From the NCBI GenBank assembly GCA_009859145.1, contig VRVR01000015.1, positions 49,417 to 113,416 on the forward strand: a stretch of DNA of 64,000 nt, given 5' to 3'. Below, one piece after another: positions 21,501 through 28,332 of the stretch (position 1 is its first letter; each line of letters begins with the position of its first letter). The notes under the pieces are model-generated. The model was not told the origin of the DNA. It saw only the letters and a program-made list of their open reading frames with translations, and did not search any database. Source of the DNA: Andalucia godoyi And28. Its lineage: Eukaryota; Protista; Jakobida. Both the position numbers and the translations under genes were made by a program.

Positions 21501-24500
21501 AGGAGCTTCGTTGCAGCTCTTGTTTTCTGCCTCACCTGGTGTTCCGGGGGCAACGTCCTCCATCAAAGATTCTGCTCGGGATTTGGTTGTCAGTTCGCTA
21601 TACAACAAAGTGGTATTGGCGGCTGGTGCTCCAGGAATCATGGTGGAAGTCTCTCCGGAAGCGTTCACTGCCAGTGGCGGATCTGCTTCCCCTCGCATGT
21701 CCACTTCCAAATCGTCTTTCTACCTGGATTTTGGTACGCGAACGGTAGGAACCTCGGCTGGCACAGAGAGTCTTGTGCTACGCGGCGGCAATGATGTCCA
21801 AATTACAGGTACCAATCGTATTGTTTTTGGCTCAACTGTGACTGCGCAGTCGCTAACAGTGTGTGGTTCCTGCGGAGTGTCGTCTGACCAGTACTATATT
21901 TCCGGGCTGCAGCTGAAGATGGACTTTGTCGGCTCTTCGTTAGAATCACAGACTGGAGATATGATCATTTCTTCTCCTGCAGTTGCGGGTGTGGTCTCTC
22001 TTCGTTCAACGTCTGGTGTTCGACTGAAATCAGCGTCGGGCACCACCGGCTTAAATATGCGAGACGAGAATTCGAATGTTGAAATTGACTTTGCTGCGCG
22101 TTTGGTTCGATCTATGACGGGAGAACTCACCATTTTAGGAGAAGCTTCCACGAGAATTGTGTCTGGCGACGCAGGTTTATTTCTTCTGCCTTTGGGATCG
22201 GGGCCATCAAAGCCTCTGAAGATCATTGCTGGTGCAGCGGACAGTGCGTTGTACTACCAGAGACCCGTTGCAACTTGTGCGGGCACCTATACGACGTTTT
22301 TTGCTGGACAAAATGCCATTGGTGGATGTGCTTCTGGAGGTGGCGCTGTTGTGGTTTCTGCCGGCTCTGCGTTCCAAGGAGCAGGTGGCGATGTGTCGCT
22401 CATTGCTGGAGATAACACTGCTGCCCCCGGGAAAGCCGGAGATGTTTACCTCATTTCTGGCCAGAATATTGGTGGCAGCATTGGTGATACACTCGTTCAG
22501 ACTCGCCAGATGAATGTGTATTTCCGAGGAGCACAGTGGAAAGTACTGAGCGTTGGTACGAGCACCGTCGATGGTGACTTTGTGTATGTTGGAAACACGA
22601 ATTCATCGTACGCCTTCGATACCGATGCTTACACTGATCTGATTGTGACTCGGTCTCGAATTCAGAGCCTGGTTGCAGCGGAGACGATTACTATCTCAAA
22701 CGAGATTCCGGTATCTCGGAACATTCTTACCTCGATCCAGATCGGTCATCCCACCGACATGACCAAGTATACGCAGCTGATTTACGCGCGCGCGCTGCGG
22801 TATCGGTTTGTGGATCCAGCGTCGTACACAGGATTCTATATGGACCCGATCAGCATTCTGCTCAATCGATCGCACTCGATTGATGTGTGGACGACGAATC
22901 TGACAGCGCGATCGGAGGGATTCCTTGATTTTCAGACGGGGACGCAGGGTGTGCGCATGGGGCCGATTGACACGCTTCGGACGCTTGCGGTGGAGATTGG
23001 ATCGGTGAAAGCACCGGTGGAGATCTATCGTCCGCAGTCGAACGGTGTTGCTGGCACATACACGAAGCTCATTGGCCAAGATGCGTGCACGTCGTGCGGC
23101 GCTGGTGGCGCGGTGTCTGTGTATGGCGGAATGTCAAACAGTGCCTCGTCTGCAGATGTTGGTGGATCTGTCAACCTGTATGCGGGAACCGGTGGTGCTG
23201 GCAGTTCTGGCGGACCCATTTCGATTGTGGCCGGATCTGCGTCTACTTCGGGTTTTGGAGGATCCATACTTCTCCAGGCAGGGACAAGCGATATCACCAC
23301 GTCGTATGGTGGGACGAATGTGCGCACGCGGTGGTTTGATGTTCGGAGAGTATCGGGTGCGTACTCTATGATTCGGACGGACACACATACCGATGACAGC
23401 TCGGGAGACTTTGTGCACATCGGGAATACGGATGCAACGTATGCATATGACGCCGTCGAGTATACGGACAACATAGTTTTGCGCTCCCGTGTGCAGCAGC
23501 TGATTGCGGGTGAGAACATTACAATCTCGAACGAAATTCCGGTGTCGCAGAACATCGTGACGTCCATCCAGATTGGACATCCCACCGACATGACCAAGTA
23601 TACGCAGCTGATTTACGCGCGCGCGCTGCGGTATCGGTTTGTGGATCCAGCGTCGTACACAGGATTCTATATGGACCCGATCAGCATTCTGCTCAATCGA
23701 TCGCACTCGATTGATGTGTGGACGACGAATCTGACAGCGCGATCGGAGGGATTCCTTGATTTTCAGACGGGGACGCAGGGTGTGCGCATGGGGCCGATTG
23801 ACACGCTTCGGACGCTTGCGGTGGAGATTGGATCGGTGAAAGCACCGGTGGAGATCTATCGTCCGCAGTCGAACGGTGTTGCTGGCACATACACGAAGCT
23901 CATTGGCCAAGATGCGTGCACGTCGTGCGGCGCTGGCGGCGGGATATCCATTTACGGCGGTAATGCACACAGCACGCTTGCCTCTGATACCGGCGGTTCC
24001 GTAGAGTTGCGTGCTGGTCAAGGTGCTGCTTCCAGTTCTGGTGGTTCCATTTCCCTTGTAGCTGGTTCGGCATTGGGTGCCGGTACTGGTGGATCGTTGT
24101 CGATCGCCGCTGGTGCTGGAGCTGGCACATCTACGTATGGTGGTGTGAATGTTCGAACGCGGTGGTTTGATGTGCGACAGATTTCCGCAACGTATTCTTT
24201 GTTGCGCATCGACACGCATCCCGATGACACCAGTGCAGATCATGTAGACATTGGAAATGTAGACAGCTCGATTCCCTACACAGACACTCGGTATACCAAC
24301 AAAGTGCAGGTTCGGGCCACGGAATTTGCCGTCGAAGTTGGCTCTCAAATGAATGTTGTTCCTGCGCAGTCTTCGTCATCGCAATTTCTTGTCGGCTCGA
24401 ATTCGGTAGTGTTTAGTGCGATTCAGTTACGAGCCAGTACAACCACCATCTATGATGGCTCCAATGTTGCGGCCCTTACAATTGCAGCATCCTCTGCGAC

Positions 24501-25149
24501 CCTTTCGCGTTCGACCACGCTCTCTTTGGAAACCACTGCTGGCACGGGTACGATAATCAATGTCGGTACAAGCACAGCTTTCACAGAAAACGTCTACATT
24601 CGAGGAACCACCGTGAAGATTTTCACGTCTGCATCAAGTCCAACAGTGACGGTCCAAAACGGTGGCAACTTGTTGATTAGCGTCGGTGCCTCGAACTTTG
24701 TCAAGATCGTCAGTGGCGATGTCGATGTTCAGGCTGGAAAATTCCGAGAATACGGAAACAGCATTCTGCCTAAGGGTTCAATTATCTTGTTCCGTGGATC
24801 CGCCTGTCCGCCTGGCTATACATTTGTGTCCGATACGGCGGATCGAGTACTCGTTGGTGCAGTAACTTCGACCACTGCCTCCCCTTCCTCTCTTGGGCCT
24901 CTTGTTGGAGTTTCTTCCTATCAGTTTCAAGTCAAGACGTCTTCTGCGACCGTTAATCTTCCAGACCATGGGCATGCTGTGTCAACAGTTTCTCAACCTA
25001 TTTCTGGCTATGGTACTACGTCCGTCTACAGTGGACCGGCCGGGTCTGGCGTGTCGAACGTCCCCATTACTGCATTCCAATCGGATTCTAAGAACATCAA
25101 CCAAATTCTGCCCGGTGTCTACATTCTTGTTTGTGAAAAGGATATCTAG
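18520..25149 (+). CDS. 2209-aa type II membrane-anchored Ser/Gly/Thr-rich beta-repeat fibre-like protein with a C-terminal phage tail-collar-like domain
   Basis: Uninterrupted ORF; one hydrophobic helix at aa ~112-133 after RRRNK; GG-x-V/I-x-I/L-x-AG repeats; 277-aa internal repeats; C-terminal LPKGSIILFRGSACPPGY...LPDHGH...ILVCEK. Confidence 0.85.
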   Translation: MESPGRNSESRPWKVLPSPESTRSMQGAYTMPHPPVLAASNPQALSKMGEPPKNPLFKSKFSAAEQLSMLRRPPPPPSTMRDPNGFPEGTNVFSESRNISRLLNEDRRRNKLMFWIMGIHVVLFWAVVGLLVYNTLMLQSLARESNWDVSKMTAKQVTTSNLQVSSSGPQSVSVESTNNAASLSVMSSVGAASLVLDGADSPISLLSRNGELVMEAGNQPAMKIAGSGSSFNGSVSTSSLKANTIDLSAGAASILSFTTSPSLSPDGRIVTMASDVQTNSMSFAPSTGLSIAKGASELLLIKDNVLLNSIRGGFVQVNDVLFVNQTVQLSGLVVSSRGISVRNGSLDVSTASGDVSISAGHGIIVAQSDVLLQTGRGLYVSDVFSPSSQNLTLHSSTGSLTLNVSSVFIGPAEEATVALAGSLRIVAGSGAAGTSAIGHGSGGSGVKGGDVSIQAGAGGAGGSSGGFSGAGGNAGSGGNVLLVHGTGGSAAAVDILQTSVAGADGEVIVSASCLVSGAHCGPTAASRMRISSPSPVLSLGDKDASFGFRANSSSASSSLHLFSDAYGGDVVKVGSSAWRDPFDTRATVNIEQGVLRIRQENVGYVAAVVSPLSTTVSLISQVNSTAVSFNNHFFVVSDSASLHLFSSSDTAKRLELRASAPAILARGLPFSFVDNTVGMQQVIITSERVHAANGSTIQVGSGVVSFSDGLVLRSRESAIQFKDSASVISINATSYLSVDSPEPTRFLAGIALCTASPAADPTCANSILLNGTSASISSASLALDFSTSTVTTDKLYGRNSLFLSSTTGVFVDSTRPLSGVTLPAAGGLLSDLQIFFFNSTVLSRNSSIYLKPADALVVTGSQLVKVGSLMLSGQTSVLSGPGMVLDYSANALGSTSGQGLVVFSHSSLKILASSSSLILSASASSRLLLQDGARIVDGSTMVLNFSAASLQSLGILYMNPLSEVVVQGTSGSTTVTLGDRSVSENIRMTPTSVTGASLQLLFSASPGVPGATSSIKDSARDLVVSSLYNKVVLAAGAPGIMVEVSPEAFTASGGSASPRMSTSKSSFYLDFGTRTVGTSAGTESLVLRGGNDVQITGTNRIVFGSTVTAQSLTVCGSCGVSSDQYYISGLQLKMDFVGSSLESQTGDMIISSPAVAGVVSLRSTSGVRLKSASGTTGLNMRDENSNVEIDFAARLVRSMTGELTILGEASTRIVSGDAGLFLLPLGSGPSKPLKIIAGAADSALYYQRPVATCAGTYTTFFAGQNAIGGCASGGGAVVVSAGSAFQGAGGDVSLIAGDNTAAPGKAGDVYLISGQNIGGSIGDTLVQTRQMNVYFRGAQWKVLSVGTSTVDGDFVYVGNTNSSYAFDTDAYTDLIVTRSRIQSLVAAETITISNEIPVSRNILTSIQIGHPTDMTKYTQLIYARALRYRFVDPASYTGFYMDPISILLNRSHSIDVWTTNLTARSEGFLDFQTGTQGVRMGPIDTLRTLAVEIGSVKAPVEIYRPQSNGVAGTYTKLIGQDACTSCGAGGAVSVYGGMSNSASSADVGGSVNLYAGTGGAGSSGGPISIVAGSASTSGFGGSILLQAGTSDITTSYGGTNVRTRWFDVRRVSGAYSMIRTDTHTDDSSGDFVHIGNTDATYAYDAVEYTDNIVLRSRVQQLIAGENITISNEIPVSQNIVTSIQIGHPTDMTKYTQLIYARALRYRFVDPASYTGFYMDPISILLNRSHSIDVWTTNLTARSEGFLDFQTGTQGVRMGPIDTLRTLAVEIGSVKAPVEIYRPQSNGVAGTYTKLIGQDACTSCGAGGGISIYGGNAHSTLASDTGGSVELRAGQGAASSSGGSISLVAGSALGAGTGGSLSIAAGAGAGTSTYGGVNVRTRWFDVRQISATYSLLRIDTHPDDTSADHVDIGNVDSSIPYTDTRYTNKVQVRATEFAVEVGSQMNVVPAQSSSSQFLVGSNSVVFSAIQLRASTTTIYDGSNVAALTIAASSATLSRSTTLSLETTAGTGTIINVGTSTAFTENVYIRGTTVKIFTSASSPTVTVQNGGNLLISVGASNFVKIVSGDVDVQAGKFREYGNSILPKGSIILFRGSACPPGYTFVSDTADRVLVGAVTSTTASPSSLGPLVGVSSYQFQVKTSSATVNLPDHGHAVSTVSQPISGYGTTSVYSGPAGSGVSNVPITAFQSDSKNINQILPGVYILVCEKDI
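22747..23936 (+). repeat. Intragenic direct repeat: 359-bp identical copies at 22747-23105 and 23578-23936 (period 831 bp = 277 codons)
   Basis: Base-by-base comparison shows identity; flanking parts of the repeat unit are conserved in protein but diverged at synonymous sites. Confidence 0.95.
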
Positions 25150-25562
25150 TTCCCCCGGGGTGGATGGCGAGTGGCGAGAAACCGCACCCGAGTTTTTTTC
25201 CTGCTGTACTTTTTAACAAAACTGCACACGCTAATGCACAACAAAGTCCGAAAGAGCATGAAAACACCTCAATTCTTCCGCTCCCGCCTTTCTTTTGGCG
25301 CCAGATCAAAAGAAAAAACCCATTCTGACATGACACAAGCACTGACACTTTAGGCCAAAAAGACTCGATTTTTCGTCCTTGTCTTTCATGGCTCTTTCTT
25401 TAAACTTATTATTATTGTTATTAATTTATTAATTTCTTTTTTTAAAATTTTTGTCGTAATTTTATGGTATTATATTATTTTTCTCTAGTTGTATTGTTTA
25501 TATTTATTTTTTAAGTTGTTGCTTCCAAGGCCCGTTCGTGACTGCAAAGAGAAAAAAGAGAG

Positions 25563-28019
25563 ATGTCTGGCTGGGACGAAGGCGGAGTCTTTGTGGCGAA
25601 TGCAGGACTTGTGGACGATGCATCCGAAGGCGGGCTGAACTCGGATTCGGGTCTCCGAAATGCAGCATTGTCGACATTCCAAGCACGGCTTCGAGACTTC
25701 CTGCGACAGTTTGAGTCTGGAAATGAATATTCATACCGTGAGATGCTTACGACCCGGATTAGGACTGGAGTGTTCTCAATTCCCGTTTCGCTGGATGATT
25801 TGCGTGCATATGACCCGGCATTGGCGGATGCAATTGTGATGCAGCCCAACACGTATCTCCCGCTTCTGGATGCTGCGCTTCTGGATGCTGCGCGACTGAT
25901 CTTGCATCCCGATGAACTGATTCCGTTGTTCAATGCTCATCCAGCGGGACTGCCGGCTTCTTCGAACAATGCCACTGCCCCAACGACGTCGTTGCTGCAA
26001 GCGGAGCTGATTTACAGAGCCCGGCCGTTGCACATTCGCGATCTTTCGTCCTCACTGGTTGGGCGACTTGTTGTAGTTCGTGGAATTGTGATTGCATCGT
26101 CCAAGACACGCGCAAAGGCTTCATCGCTTGTACTATCGTGTCGATCGTGCCGTGCCGTCAAGACGGTGTCGGTACGTCCTGGATTCTCTGCAGCTTCTAT
26201 TCCCCGAAAGTGCGATGGACCATCGTCATCAGATGCAACGGCACAGTGTCCGCTGGATCCGTTCGTGGTTGTTGCAGATAAATCCACGTTTGTCGATCAA
26301 CAGACCCTGAAACTGCAAGAGCCTCCCGAGGCCGTACCGACTGGTGAAATGCCTCGACATGTCTTGTGTGCGGTGGACCGTGGATTGGTTGCCCGCGCAC
26401 CTCCGGGTTCTCGTGTTCGTATTGTTGGTGTATATTCGATTATGAACAACAATATGGGACCGACAGCTGGCGGAGTTGCCCTGCGAACACCTTACATCCG
26501 AATCGTCGGAGTGATGATGGACTCGCTTGCAGGGACGTCTTCTTCTCTTGCAAACTCGCTGTTCTCTTCTTCCAGTGCCAACCCAAGCGGTAGCAATGCG
26601 AATGGTGGCGATGCAGAGCGCACAGACGGAATGATGTGGCTCATGTCGGAAGAAGAGCAATACAAGAGGCTTGCTGCGGATCCCCAGTGCATAGACAAGC
26701 TTGTCGCCGCAATGGATCCTGCCATTTATGGCCATGAGAGAATCAAGCTGGCGGTAGCCTGCCTGCTCTTCGGAGGAGCCCGAAAGGCGCCGATGCCCAC
26801 TGGAACACGGGTCAGAGGAGACATCAATGTGTTGCTTTTGGGAGATCCTTCAACTGCAAAATCGCAGTTTCTGAAGTTTGCAGAACGTGTTGCTCCAGTC
26901 GGAGTCTATACTTCTGGAAAGGGTTCTTCAGCAGCTGGTCTTACTGCGTCTGTTGTTCGCGATCCGACCTCGGGAGAGTTCTATTTGGAAGGTGGATCCA
27001 TGGTTTTGGCGGACGGCGGAGTCGTTTGCATTGACGAGTTCGACAAGATGAGAGCATCGGATCGAGTTGCGATTCACGAAGCCATGGAGCAGCAGACAAT
27101 CTCCATTGCAAAGGCCGGTATTACCACCGTGTTGAATGCTCGTGCTGCCGTGTTGGCTGCTGCCAATCCTTTGGCTGGTCGTTACGATGATATGAAGACT
27201 GCGTCCGAGCAGGTGGATTTTCAGTCTACTATCCTTTCGCGTTTTGATCTTATCTTCATTGTGCGCGATGTTCGCGATGAAGCTCGCGATCGGTCTCTTG
27301 CGCAGCACGTCTTGGGAGTCCACATGGCCGCAACTGCCGCATCTGGCTCATCGTTGAATACGTCGCTGCTTGGTGGCGGAGGAGACGTTGTCGCTGCTGG
27401 CGCGGGCGCTGGGAAGGACGGATCCAACAGTACATCTGGACGCTCTGTTGCTCCGGTGCGCGATGAACTCAGTGTGGATTTCTTGCGAAGATACATTGCC
27501 TATTGCCGAGCACATTGCTCGCCACGTCTTTCTGCGGAAGCAGCCAGAACTTTGGAGCATTTCTTTGTACAAATTCGAGCCCAAATGAGAGAGAGATCCC
27601 GTCAAGCAGGGACGTCTGTTCGTCAAATTCCCATCACAGTGCGCCAGCTGGAATCTTTGGTGCGCGTGTCCGAGTCGCTTGCGAAGATGACTCTGTCCAC
27701 AACTGCAACCGTGGACCATATCAACCGTGCTATCGAACTGTTCAAAGCATCGACCATGGAGGCTGCGAACTCGGGAATGCTGGCTGCCGCTGACGAGTAC
27801 CTCGCACCAGAAACCCGTGCTGCGATCTCGCGGGCGGAAGCTATGGTGCAGCGCTTGGTCGGCATCGGACAGATTGCGGCATCTGGAAAGGTTGTGGAAA
27901 GCGTGGTGTCTCAAGCTGGTGTTGGAGACTTCGCTGTCCATCGTGCTCTTTTTGCGATGGAAAAACGCGGCGAAATCGAGTTTCTCAGACAAAAGAAACA
28001 GTTCAAGAGGATGCGGTGA
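25563..28019 (+). CDS. MCM5: DNA replication licensing factor MCM5
   Basis: MSGWDEG N-terminus, CRSC zinc finger, GDPSTAKSQFLK Walker A, VCIDEFDKM Walker B, ILSRFDLIF arginine finger, ITVRQLESLVR. Confidence 0.97.
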   Translation: MSGWDEGGVFVANAGLVDDASEGGLNSDSGLRNAALSTFQARLRDFLRQFESGNEYSYREMLTTRIRTGVFSIPVSLDDLRAYDPALADAIVMQPNTYLPLLDAALLDAARLILHPDELIPLFNAHPAGLPASSNNATAPTTSLLQAELIYRARPLHIRDLSSSLVGRLVVVRGIVIASSKTRAKASSLVLSCRSCRAVKTVSVRPGFSAASIPRKCDGPSSSDATAQCPLDPFVVVADKSTFVDQQTLKLQEPPEAVPTGEMPRHVLCAVDRGLVARAPPGSRVRIVGVYSIMNNNMGPTAGGVALRTPYIRIVGVMMDSLAGTSSSLANSLFSSSSANPSGSNANGGDAERTDGMMWLMSEEEQYKRLAADPQCIDKLVAAMDPAIYGHERIKLAVACLLFGGARKAPMPTGTRVRGDINVLLLGDPSTAKSQFLKFAERVAPVGVYTSGKGSSAAGLTASVVRDPTSGEFYLEGGSMVLADGGVVCIDEFDKMRASDRVAIHEAMEQQTISIAKAGITTVLNARAAVLAAANPLAGRYDDMKTASEQVDFQSTILSRFDLIFIVRDVRDEARDRSLAQHVLGVHMAATAASGSSLNTSLLGGGGDVVAAGAGAGKDGSNSTSGRSVAPVRDELSVDFLRRYIAYCRAHCSPRLSAEAARTLEHFFVQIRAQMRERSRQAGTSVRQIPITVRQLESLVRVSESLAKMTLSTTATVDHINRAIELFKASTMEAANSGMLAAADEYLAPETRAAISRAEAMVQRLVGIGQIAASGKVVESVVSQAGVGDFAVHRALFAMEKRGEIEFLRQKKQFKRMR

Positions 28020-28332
28020 TCTGTTCTCTCTTTCCTTCTTTTCCTGCTCTCTTTTTTCGGTTGTCGTGTTGTTTTACTCTCTTGAAGAGAATGTTTGTGT
28101 TTGCAATAGGTTTTTGTATGCTGTGCTTTGTAAAGAAACTGGCGGATCTCACCGTACGCCGGAAGGCTCTCCTTCCTGTCACCGTGTCCACAAAGTGCTG
28201 ACTTGAAACCCTCCGTCAAATGCCATCCGCTGCACCAATGTTTTCTTTCTTTATTTCCTACTGCCCGATCCAGTTGTTGCTGTCGATACGCAAATGCAAA
28301 CCACGAGACAAACAAAAATCACGCAAAATACA

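Noticed and set aside
23134-24348. 404-aa antisense ORF inside the giant fibre gene
   Set aside because: Arg/Thr/His-rich shadow of the Gly/Ser/Val codons on the sense strand; it repeats with the sense duplication and has no independent motifs
18520-25149. Endogenous virus, prophage or contaminant contig as the source of the fibre gene
   Set aside because: No capsid, integrase, polymerase, terminal repeats or other viral genes nearby; the flanks are MCM5 and typical microsatellite-bearing eukaryotic spacers
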